Shown in pieces: positions 56,713 to 64,000 of a stretch of DNA of 64,000 nucleotides. The notes under the pieces were generated by a model. The model ran no database searches. It was given only the letters and a program-made list of their open reading frames with translations, and was not told where the DNA came from. How positions within the stretch are numbered: the first letter of the stretch is position 1; each line of letters opens with the position of its first letter. Origin of the DNA: an uncultured Planctomycetia bacterium. GTDB lineage: Bacteria; Omnitrophota; Gorgyraeia; Pluralincolimonadales; Pluralincolimonadaceae. Position numbers and translations under genes: made by a program. The stretch lies in assembly GCA_964650515.1 (NCBI GenBank), contig CAZYUB010000010.1, positions 12,938 to 76,937 of the forward strand. The letters run 5' to 3'.

Positions 56713-58860
56713 TCATTGCCAGTAGACAATCTGCGCCCTTGGCATGAACGAGACGGTAACATCCTCAAGGACCGCGGTCTCGCTATACCAGGGTTTTGTC
56801 GCCGCCAGCGCGTTATCGTTGGAAACGAAATTCGCCCTGTACTGTATCGAGGACGCCGCTGGCGAGGTGATCCCGCCGCCGGCCCCCGGTGCCTGCCACG
56901 TATTGCCGCCGTCAACGCTTGTGAGCAAGTCAACCCTTTCCGAGGACGCATTTGCCGTGGACGGGACGGTTACGGTCCCCGCGATCGAACCCCAGGCCAC
57001 GACGGCGCCGGTGCCGTTCGGGGCCGACACATAATAGCCGTCCTGCGGTATTATCCTGACATTGTCGAAAGCCGGCAGGTGGTATTCCCCGTATAACCTC
57101 ACAAGCCCGGCCGCGTTCGTACCGCCCCCGTTGATATTCGAGAAAGTATAATTGCCTTCCTGTATCCTGCCCGAGGAAGCATTGTAATAAGCCCAATATA
57201 CCCTGTTCTGGCATACCACGCGCAGCGTCTTGCGCAGGACATAGGGTTCCGAATAATTGGCCCACGAAGGGCTCGCCCACATATGCAGCATCCCCGTATG
57301 GGGCAAAGGCCCCGGGTCCACGCCGTACGCGACGCCCTGCTGCATGTCCTCGATGTAATAGCTGGCGTCCCCGGCGCTCGTCCTCTTGAAGACGATCCTG
57401 CCCACGTCGTTCTGGAACCTGAAAGCGTACGATGCCGGGTTTGTTATGGGATACTCGTAGTCGATCGGCTCCATAGCGTCCCACCAAAACCTCATGCGCA
57501 TGTCATAGGTCCTTATCTTGTCGTCTATGTATACCTGCGCGCTATGGTTAGCCCACATCCATCTCGGGGAGGCCTCAAGGCCGAGGTCGCAGGTCGGCCA
57601 TAATTTCGTATTATCGGAGGTTTCCGTGTCGTACTGCCCGATGACCGTCGTGTTCCATATCCCGTCCCTCGGGTTCCATTCGTTATTCGTCCAGTCGGTC
57701 TGCTGTCCGACATTGCCGTCTATATTCTCGGTGAAATTGTCCCAGAACCCCGCCTTTATCGAGTTCTTTATTACGTCGTAATCCGCGGCGGCGGCCCCGT
57801 TCCAGTCCTGGTCGGACCTTACCGGGCAGCTGTCCATGAAATTCACCCGGACCATCTCCCCGTTCGACATATCCCCTTCCCCCGCTCCGGAGGCCCAGTT
57901 GTCATTGCGCCATACCAGGGCGAACTGGCCCTTTGTCGTCTCGTTCCATATATCGAAAATTTTTATTACCGCATGGGCCTGCCTTGACGCAACGGCGATC
58001 CCCGCGATATTTCTCACGGTCCCCGACGACGTCATTTCATAATAACCGCCGGAATTGAAGCAGAACTCCGTCGAATAGGCCGCCGGCTTCGTCCTGTTCG
58101 GGTTCGCGCCGTCCTTTACTTCCCTGCTCTCCGCAGGGTTCAGCCCGATATAATTGTCAATGAACGCGTCGAACTGCTGCCAGCCGGTGAACGGCCGCGC
58201 GGCGATGATCGCCTGCGCAAGGCCCTGCGACTTCGCGTCGCTGTTTACGAGGCTGCGGAGCACCGCCCGCAGGACGGGTTCCGAAGCCGTGTTGATATTG
58301 ACCGGCGCCCTTTCCTCCGTCGTGGTATCGTCAGGCAGGAAAGTATTCCGGTCCTTATAACCGTATAATGTGACATATTCCTTTATCGAGTCGTATTTGG
58401 CGGCGCTTATGCCCGCCCTGATCTTTATCTCTTCCTTTGTGGTGTACGGGGCGTTATCCGCGACAGCCTGGCACTCTATGGAAGTCAGCGGGTTGCCCAG
58501 GGCCGTGTTAAGGTTTTGCATCATCTGGCCGATCCTGCTGTTTTCGGTATTGTTCACGTTTATCTGCCTCGCGCAATCTATCACCGTGACCGTATAGCCG
58601 CCTTCAGAATAACCGGAATACCATGCCTCCGAAGACGTATCGAAAGCGGTATTCGCGGCCCCCTCCGGGCCGTTTTTGAGCTCGGCTATGGCCCTGGCGA
58701 TCCCGGCTTCCGCGAGGTATCTCGCCTTTAAGCCCCTTGAGTAGCTCACGGCCTCCTTGCCGGCCAAAAGCATGTTCACGGCAAAGGTCGTGCCTATGAG
58801 CGCCATCAGCGATAACACGCCCACCACGAGTATCAGAGCCACGCCTTTTTTTCCGCGCAT
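56713..58860 (-). CDS. giant GspK-like (type II secretion minor pseudopilin K family) protein
   Basis: N-terminus (RGKKGVALILVVGVLSLMALIGTTFAVNMLLAGKEAVSYSRGLKARYLAEAGIARAIAEL) and a PVNINTASEPVLRAV helix-hairpin element typical of GspK, followed by a ~500-aa extra domain. Start at the internal Met at 58860. Confidence 0.55.
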   Translation of the reverse strand: MRGKKGVALILVVGVLSLMALIGTTFAVNMLLAGKEAVSYSRGLKARYLAEAGIARAIAELKNGPEGAANTAFDTSSEAWYSGYSEGGYTVTVIDCARQINVNNTENSRIGQMMQNLNTALGNPLTSIECQAVADNAPYTTKEEIKIRAGISAAKYDSIKEYVTLYGYKDRNTFLPDDTTTEERAPVNINTASEPVLRAVLRSLVNSDAKSQGLAQAIIAARPFTGWQQFDAFIDNYIGLNPAESREVKDGANPNRTKPAAYSTEFCFNSGGYYEMTSSGTVRNIAGIAVASRQAHAVIKIFDIWNETTKGQFALVWRNDNWASGAGEGDMSNGEMVRVNFMDSCPVRSDQDWNGAAAADYDVIKNSIKAGFWDNFTENIDGNVGQQTDWTNNEWNPRDGIWNTTVIGQYDTETSDNTKLWPTCDLGLEASPRWMWANHSAQVYIDDKIRTYDMRMRFWWDAMEPIDYEYPITNPASYAFRFQNDVGRIVFKRTSAGDASYYIEDMQQGVAYGVDPGPLPHTGMLHMWASPSWANYSEPYVLRKTLRVVCQNRVYWAYYNASSGRIQEGNYTFSNINGGGTNAAGLVRLYGEYHLPAFDNVRIIPQDGYYVSAPNGTGAVVAWGSIAGTVTVPSTANASSERVDLLTSVDGGNTWQAPGAGGGITSPAASSIQYRANFVSNDNALAATKPWYSETAVLEDVTVSFMPRAQIVYWQ

Positions 58861-58963
58861 CTTATCCCCGCCTGTAAATAGTTTAGGGAGGCCTGAGAGT
58901 TGGGGGACTGCATTACTATCAGGCCTCCCCAAACGAACTGGGTTGTCTATACTTAGAAGCGGA

Positions 58964-59608
58964 TCACTTCTTCCTTCTGGAGGCCGCTAACATCCCGACC
59001 AAACCCGAGCCGAGAAGCAGCAAGCTTGCCGGTTCCGGTACCGCCTGGATGTCATCGACGCCGAAGTCTACGCTGCCTCCGGGTGCGGTGCCGCCGCATG
59101 CCACGACCAGGTTGATCTGCTTTAGGTCGCCGGTCCATACGTCATCGCCGGTCCCCGCGTTCTGGTCGACAAAGTTCGCGAAAGGCAGCGATATCGTCTT
59201 CCAGCCCGTCCAATCGATGGGCGTGTAGGTCGGAGAGCCGTAATAGCCGCCCGCGAATACATCGCCGTCGTTCTCGTACAGCTCATACTTGATCGTGCCG
59301 TAGCTGCCGTCTCCCTTCACGCTGACGACCAGGTCTGACAGGCCCGACCAGTTCTGCGGTTTGTAATTTCCCCATCCGCCCAAATACCAGTTGCCGTTCA
59401 CATCGGTGCCGTTAAGCCTGAGGTAATTACCGCTGGGCCCTCCCGCAACCGTGGCCTCCGAAAGCTCTCCCGTATCCTGGAATCCGTAAGAACCGGAAGG
59501 CAGGGCCGGAGGAGTCGAGGTCTCAAAATCCTCCCAGGTTGCAGCCGAAACGCCTGATGCGAACAGGAGGGACACAGCCAAAACAACTAAAATAGAGAAT
59601 CTCTTCAT
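58964..59608 (-). CDS. PEP-CTERM sorting-domain protein with CBM-like beta-sandwich domain
   Basis: Signal peptide. C-terminal VPEPASLLLLGSGLVGMLAASRRKK (PEP motif, TM, basic tail) is the exosortase recognition tail. Confidence 0.7.
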   Translation of the reverse strand: MKRFSILVVLAVSLLFASGVSAATWEDFETSTPPALPSGSYGFQDTGELSEATVAGGPSGNYLRLNGTDVNGNWYLGGWGNYKPQNWSGLSDLVVSVKGDGSYGTIKYELYENDGDVFAGGYYGSPTYTPIDWTGWKTISLPFANFVDQNAGTGDDVWTGDLKQINLVVACGGTAPGGSVDFGVDDIQAVPEPASLLLLGSGLVGMLAASRRKK

Positions 59609-59645
59609 TATTCTTTTTCACCCCCTTCCCGTCACCATCTCCCCA

Positions 59646-59674
59646 TATATATACTGGACGTATACCAGTATATT
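59646..59674. promoter_or_regulatory. conserved motif copy S1 (TATATATACTGGACGTATACCAGTATAT) upstream of the PEP-CTERM/GspK-like operon
   Basis: Same core as S2 and S3. Lies in the 130-bp gap between the PEP-CTERM gene start and the M48 gene stop. Confidence 0.5.
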
Positions 59675-59738
59675 ATATATCGGGCATAAGTCAAGGGTAA
59701 ATATTTGTTAATTTTGGGTGCGTATTACGGCGGGTACT

Positions 59739-60521
59739 TTACCACTTGTTATCGAGAGGCTTGTTGATCCACTCCCTGAAGGTCTTCCTCCCCTCGATCG
59801 CGCTTTCTATCTTGCCCATCCTCTCGCCTACGTAAGGGTGGGTTTTGAAGTAGGAATACGGCCTTATGTCGTTCTTCTTCTCCCTCTTCATCGTCTCCAT
59901 GAAGGTCAGCACCCCGTGCGGGTCATACCCCGCTTCCCTCGTATAGAGGACGGCGCGCTTGTCCGCCTCGAACTCGTCCTCGCGGGAATACGACGCCATA
60001 AGGGAGGTTATCGCGAGGTCGGTAGCCCTAGCGGCGTTGCCCCCCTGCGTCGCCGCGACAAGTATCATCGCTATGCTGGCCACTGAGCTCTGCTGGAGCT
60101 TCTTCATATGGTGCCGCGCGGCTATGTGCCCGATCTCATGCGCCAGTACGCCGGCGAGCTCGTCGTCGTTCTTGCAGACATCGATGAGGCCCGAGAATAC
60201 ATAGACCCATCCGCCCGGCAGCGATACGGCGTTGATATCGTCGACCGCGAGCACTTTGAAATGGTATATTAGCTCCTTGCGGTCGCAGTACTTCACGAGC
60301 CTTTGGCCTATCAGCTCCACCCTCTCCTGGGCGTGTTTGTCGGGATCGAGCTTATATACGGCCTCGACCTTCTTTGCGATCGAATCGCCCATCTCCATCT
60401 CCTTTTCAGGGGAGACGATGATGTTCTCGTCCTTCCCGGTAACCATGTTATATTCTGCCGGGCAGTCCGCCGCAACGGATAAGAAGCATATTATCGCCGC
60501 AAAACACGCTATCTTCGCCAT
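59739..60521 (-). CDS. M48-family zinc metallopeptidase (BepA/YcaL-like), secreted
   Basis: Signal peptide. HEIGHIAARH (HExxH) with a downstream Glu ligand region (EDEFEADKRAV). 260 aa. Confidence 0.75.
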   Translation of the reverse strand: MAKIACFAAIICFLSVAADCPAEYNMVTGKDENIIVSPEKEMEMGDSIAKKVEAVYKLDPDKHAQERVELIGQRLVKYCDRKELIYHFKVLAVDDINAVSLPGGWVYVFSGLIDVCKNDDELAGVLAHEIGHIAARHHMKKLQQSSVASIAMILVAATQGGNAARATDLAITSLMASYSREDEFEADKRAVLYTREAGYDPHGVLTFMETMKREKKNDIRPYSYFKTHPYVGERMGKIESAIEGRKTFREWINKPLDNKW

Positions 60522-60538
60522 GCGGATAAATTATCATA

Positions 60539-60567
60539 TTGAAAAATGGAAGTAAAGCACTTATAAT
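60539..60567 (+). promoter_or_regulatory. sigma70-like promoter TTGAAA-17-TATAAT, 6 nt upstream of the ATG at 60574 (near-leaderless)
   Basis: TTGAAA at 60539-60544 and TATAAT at 60562-60567. No SD between the -10 element and the start codon. Confidence 0.55.
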
Positions 60568-60573
60568 AGCCCT

Positions 60574-61050
60574 ATGAATAAGACGATCTGCCTCGCGCTC
60601 GCTGTGGCCTCGCTAGCCTGCTGCCTCCATGGCTGTTCGCAACAGCAACATAAGAAGGAAGCCATAGCGACGATCGGCAGCTACTCCCTATACAGGGACG
60701 ATTTCATGTCCGAGCTTGCGTTATACCCTCCGGAATACCTCCAAAAGGTCACAAAAGAACAGATCCTCGACGGGATAATACAGAAGAAGGTGCTGCTTCT
60801 GGAGGCCCAGCGCCGCGGGCTCGACAGGGACCCCCAGTTCATGAAGATGGTCGAACGCTTCTGGGAACAGAGCCTGCTGCGTTCGCTGCTGGATACAAGG
60901 TCCGAAGAGATACTCTCTGAGATACCGGAAACGGACAAGGACCGGAACATAAAGGCCGGCGAAGCGCTGAGGTCGTGGATAGAGGAGCTCGAGAAGAAGA
61001 CCCCCGTTGAGATCAACGCCGATGCCCTGGAGAAGATAACCATAAAATGA
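60574..61050 (+). CDS. lipoprotein with SurA-N-like chaperone domain
   Basis: Lipobox LACCLHGCS. ~130-aa helical domain (KKVLLLEAQRRGLDRDPQFMKMVERFWEQSLL). Confidence 0.45.
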   Translation: MNKTICLALAVASLACCLHGCSQQQHKKEAIATIGSYSLYRDDFMSELALYPPEYLQKVTKEQILDGIIQKKVLLLEAQRRGLDRDPQFMKMVERFWEQSLLRSLLDTRSEEILSEIPETDKDRNIKAGEALRSWIEELEKKTPVEINADALEKITIK

Positions 61051-62222
61051 AGACGACCGGCAGCCAGAACCGCAGACGCAACTACTTCATTAAAAAAGGT
61101 TTCCAGGCAAGCTTCATCGTGAAATTCTGCCTTCTGCTCATACTGGCATGCCTCATAATGTCGTTCGTATCCTACCTTTTCATGGGAAATACGTCCACGG
61201 CGAGCTTCGAGAACCTCCGCTTTACCGTCAAGAGTACATCCGATTTCATGATGCCGATACTTATATCCAGCGGAATAACGGCCGTGGTCCTCGTCAGCAT
61301 AGCCACGATAGTCATAGTCCTCTTCATATCCCACAGGATAGCGGGGCCGCTCTTCCGTCTCGAGAAATCACTGGAAGAGCTGGGAGAGGGCGACCTGACC
61401 GTGGATGTCCACCTGAGGCAGGCGGACGAGATCAAGGCGCTCGCCGACACCCTAAACAAGACGATGAAGAACCTGAAGGAGCCGATAGCGGCGTCTAAAG
61501 CGAAGGCGGAAGAGCTCGAGGCCGAGGTCGCCTCCCTGAGGGAGATGCTCAGGAAAAAGGGCCTTTCCGACAACGATATAGAAAAGGCCGTCGGGCCGGC
61601 GGAAAACAAGGTCCGGCAGATAAAGCGCGGCCTCTCTTTCTTTAAGATATGCTCGATATTGGCGTTCGCCGTTATGTTGGCATGCGCTTCGGTCAGCGCC
61701 GCGCATGCGAGCATCACTGCCGAAGGGACATTCACGGACGGCAGCGACTGGACGGCGATCGACAGTATCTTTTGCACGATCTTTTTCAAGCATGACGTGG
61801 ACATCAGGAAGGTCAACAACAGGATCGACACATATAAGATAGATTTCGGCCTTACCGAAAAACCCTCCCGCGCCTCGAATGATACCGAAGGGGAGATCGC
61901 CTATAAGTTCGACCTTATATTCTTCAAGGTCCAGGAGATCCTCGACATGAGGCCAAAGGGCCTGCACCTGAACGTCCGGATATATAAGGGGCAGGATGAC
62001 CTCGACAGGATATATATGGAGATCTTCGACCAGAATAATAATTTTATCGCATATTACATCTTCAAGCTTAATTCGCTCTTCATGAGCGAGGAGAAGATAT
62101 CGGCCAACGTGATGGCCCACGAGATAGCCCACTGCATCGTCGACCATTATTTCTCGGTGATCCCTCCCACAAAGGTCGCCGAAATGATCGCGCAATACGC
62201 CGACGCACATCTAAGAGAATAA
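61047..62222 (+). CDS. membrane protein: two TMs, HAMP domain, coiled coil, third TM, and a C-terminal domain with HExxH motif
   Basis: HAMP (RIAGPLFRLEKSLEELGEGDLTVDV...), an internal hydrophobic segment (ICSILAFAVMLACASVSAAHA), and a C-terminal AHEIAHCIVDH. 4-nt overlap with the upstream lipoprotein gene. Confidence 0.5.
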   Translation: MKTTGSQNRRRNYFIKKGFQASFIVKFCLLLILACLIMSFVSYLFMGNTSTASFENLRFTVKSTSDFMMPILISSGITAVVLVSIATIVIVLFISHRIAGPLFRLEKSLEELGEGDLTVDVHLRQADEIKALADTLNKTMKNLKEPIAASKAKAEELEAEVASLREMLRKKGLSDNDIEKAVGPAENKVRQIKRGLSFFKICSILAFAVMLACASVSAAHASITAEGTFTDGSDWTAIDSIFCTIFFKHDVDIRKVNNRIDTYKIDFGLTEKPSRASNDTEGEIAYKFDLIFFKVQEILDMRPKGLHLNVRIYKGQDDLDRIYMEIFDQNNNFIAYYIFKLNSLFMSEEKISANVMAHEIAHCIVDHYFSVIPPTKVAEMIAQYADAHLRE

Positions 62223-62245
62223 GGATTGACGGAGCCATGCACAAA

Positions 62246-62282
62246 GGGGACACCCTGCTTTATGCAGGATGTCCCCTTTTTT
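62246..62282 (+). terminator. rho-independent terminator (GGGGACACCCTGC-TTTA-GCAGGATGTCCCC plus T6)
   Basis: 13-bp stem with one mismatch, 4-nt loop, and a T-run at 62277-62282, 24 nt after the stop of the 61047..62222 gene. Confidence 0.6.
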
Positions 62283-62323
62283 ATCATCTTCGAGGGTGTC
62301 CCCCCGGAGGATGGCTCCAGTTA

Positions 62324-63712
62324 CTAGTTGGGTTTCTTGCCTACCCTCGGAGGCTCTACTACATCGCAGCCCTTCGCCCATAATTCCTTGAGGGCGTAGT
62401 ATGCCTTCTTCGGGATCCTCTTATTGACACCGTTCTCCTTCTCGAGGCTCATGCCGACTATGCCGTACCACTCCTCGTTCATGTTCATGTGGCCTTCGAC
62501 CTCGATGTCGAAATAGTAGGCGCCGTTAGTCCAGCCGGCTGTCTCATCCTGGACATACCAGCTCGCGGGGTTCGCGGCATCATGCTTCCACCACTCGTCG
62601 TTCCATTCGAATATGCACCCGCCGAGCACTGTGCCCTTGCCGGTCTTGCCGCAGGTGTTCCTGAGAATCTCCTTCCACTGCGATATAAGGAACTTAACCT
62701 GTATATCCTCATCCTCTTTTTTGGTCAGCGCGTTATACCTGTCGCAGCCGAACTCAGTAAGGACTATCGGCTTGCCGAACCTCTTGTTCGCCTGCTCCCA
62801 TGTGTTGCCGAAGCTCATGCCCCTGTAGGATATGAGCCCGAGTATGTCTATATCGGGAGTCACCGTGCTGGCAACATCGAGGAAAAAGACCTCGCCGTTG
62901 CCCATCGCAACCGGATGGTTCGGGTCAATCTTCTTGATCTCCTTCGCAATGTCGTTAACGAAGCTGTAATACAGTTTCGCTTTCGCGTTCGCCCTCTCCT
63001 TCGGGTCTTCTATGCTGTCGAGCTCGTCGGAACCCCACGGGGCGATCTGGTCGTCGAAACTGTAATTATTCTCGTTGCCGAGAAGCCAGAAGAGTATCCC
63101 GGGCTCGTCCTTGTAGGCCTTAACGATACTGAGGACCTCGTCCTTCACCTGCTGCCTGTAGCCCTCATCGGCGTAGTTAGGCGGCGGTATGTCATAGATG
63201 CCGAGGTTATGGCCCATTATAGTGCGGATGCCGAACTTGCTGTAGAGGTCGGAAAGGACCTGTTTCGTCTCCTGTTGGCTCTCTCCCGGCTGGTAGAAAC
63301 GCACCGTATTTATCGAGGCGTCCTTCATCAGCTGCCCGTCCACAAGCCACGGCTTGGTCGGGTCGCCCCACCAGTTATAGGTATAATCCTGCCCCGGAGG
63401 GACCGGCTGGTAGCAGACGCCCATTACCACATAGGTCTCGCCGTTTACGACAAGACGGAAATGGCCGTTGGGCATCTTCTCGACGAACGTCTTCTTGCCC
63501 TTTGCCGTGGGTTTTGAGGACATCTTGCTGAAGAGGAAACATCCGCCTATCATGAATGACATCAACAACGCCAGCAACAATAACAGGTAAAACCCTTTCT
63601 TGCCATCCTTGCGCTTGTGGTGATGCGCATGCGCGGTGTGGTGGCCATGGTGATGCGCCCCCTGCCCCGCGTGGTGCTCGTGATGCTCGTAGCGTAAGTT
63701 ATGTTGATCCAT
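62324..63712 (-). CDS. clan GH-A TIM-barrel glycoside hydrolase with N-terminal His-rich cytoplasmic tail and signal-anchor
   Basis: N-terminus HEHHAGQGAHHHGHHTAHAHHH, then one TM. Catalytic-like motifs LLGNENNY (acid/base NE) and VLTEFGCD (nucleophile TE). Family not assignable by eye. Confidence 0.6.
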   Translation of the reverse strand: MDQHNLRYEHHEHHAGQGAHHHGHHTAHAHHHKRKDGKKGFYLLLLLALLMSFMIGGCFLFSKMSSKPTAKGKKTFVEKMPNGHFRLVVNGETYVVMGVCYQPVPPGQDYTYNWWGDPTKPWLVDGQLMKDASINTVRFYQPGESQQETKQVLSDLYSKFGIRTIMGHNLGIYDIPPPNYADEGYRQQVKDEVLSIVKAYKDEPGILFWLLGNENNYSFDDQIAPWGSDELDSIEDPKERANAKAKLYYSFVNDIAKEIKKIDPNHPVAMGNGEVFFLDVASTVTPDIDILGLISYRGMSFGNTWEQANKRFGKPIVLTEFGCDRYNALTKKEDEDIQVKFLISQWKEILRNTCGKTGKGTVLGGCIFEWNDEWWKHDAANPASWYVQDETAGWTNGAYYFDIEVEGHMNMNEEWYGIVGMSLEKENGVNKRIPKKAYYALKELWAKGCDVVEPPRVGKKPN

Positions 63713-63722
63713 TTTTTATTCT

Positions 63723-64000
63723 TTACTCGTAATAGATATCGTCAAAATAAATCGTGAAACCGTCCGGGTTATCCGCAGCGCTCGCTGCCCAACAGAACCC
63801 GCCCGAAATATAGGTCAGGTCTTTGCCCGTAAGGTCGATGACATATTCCTTCCACTCCGGCGTGAGCGTCAGCGGCCCGATAGAAGCAGTATCGGTATCC
63901 GCGTACTCCCCGGTAATGCCTCCTGTCTTTACCTCGGCAAGTACTTCGCCGCCCTTGCCGCCCCTGGCCCAGAAGACCAGTTTCTTGGCACCTGTCAGGT
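63723..64000 (-). CDS. C-terminal part of a protein carrying the same CBM-like beta-sandwich domain, 5' partial at window edge
   Basis: ...GKDLTYISGGFCWAASAADNPDGFTIYFDDIYYE* aligns with the C-termini of 53582..54205 and 58964..59608. Its stop is 10 nt upstream of the His-rich GH start. Confidence 0.4.
   Translation of the reverse strand, partial: LTGAKKLVFWARGGKGGEVLAEVKTGGITGEYADTDTASIGPLTLTPEWKEYVIDLTGKDLTYISGGFCWAASAADNPDGFTIYFDDIYYE

Noticed and set aside
1-64000. CRISPR arrays, IS elements, integrases, prophage or toxin-antitoxin modules
   Set aside because: No regularly spaced repeats with unique spacers, no DDE, serine or tyrosine recombinase-like proteins, and no phage structural genes were seen. 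The yacL PIN domain is the conserved housekeeping YacL, not a VapC toxin pair.

Overview
This is a GC-rich bacterial chromosomal window in two parts. Positions 1-41.7 kb are a dense, almost entirely minus-strand block of housekeeping genes. These are a partial PSP1/RicT-like gene, holB, tmk, two sugar ABC permeases, cysS, cysE, ispF, ispD, yacL, mlaDFE, a TamB/AsmA-like gene, clpC, mcsB, mcsA, ilvE, lolDE, lysS, lnt, secA, prfB with its programmed +1 frameshift, then DUF192, TspO, a response regulator, a thioredoxin, ogt, a uvrC-like gene, murJ, rpsT (+), holA, lptE, a TPR/BamD-like gene, a PilZ gene, comEC, a PpiC foldase, comEA, leuS and nfo. The gene order resembles Firmicutes (mcsA-mcsB-clpC ... 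yacL-ispD-ispF-cysE-cysS), but outer-membrane biogenesis genes (lptE, mla, lol, lnt) are interleaved. Next come tRNA-Ala(GGC), a plus-strand nfeD-stomatin pair with a near-consensus sigma70 promoter, and tRNA-Leu(CAA). Positions 43.7-64 kb are an accessory-looking region. It holds an APC permease, an MFS transporter, an ECF sigma/anti-sigma pair co-transcribed with thyX, and a putative glycan-utilisation locus. That locus contains a GH94 phosphorylase, a GH26 enzyme, a His-rich clan GH-A hydrolase, an AraR-like regulator, three paralogous CBM-like beta-sandwich proteins (one PEP-CTERM), two CBM9-like domains, a giant GspK-like pseudopilin, an M48 peptidase and a HAMP/HExxH membrane protein. 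The most unusual observations are: (1) a UvrC homolog that lacks the HhH domain and overlaps an Ogt/MGMT ORF across an A8 tract, so a 1-nt slip would fuse them; (2) a triple-tandem 10-11 bp repeat present at two loci in inverted orientation, bracketing a 6.3-kb segment next to tRNA-Leu; (3) a conserved ~24-bp motif upstream of three operons of the glycan locus. No CRISPR array, transposase or integrase was seen. All coordinates are hand-derived and gene starts may be off by a few codons.
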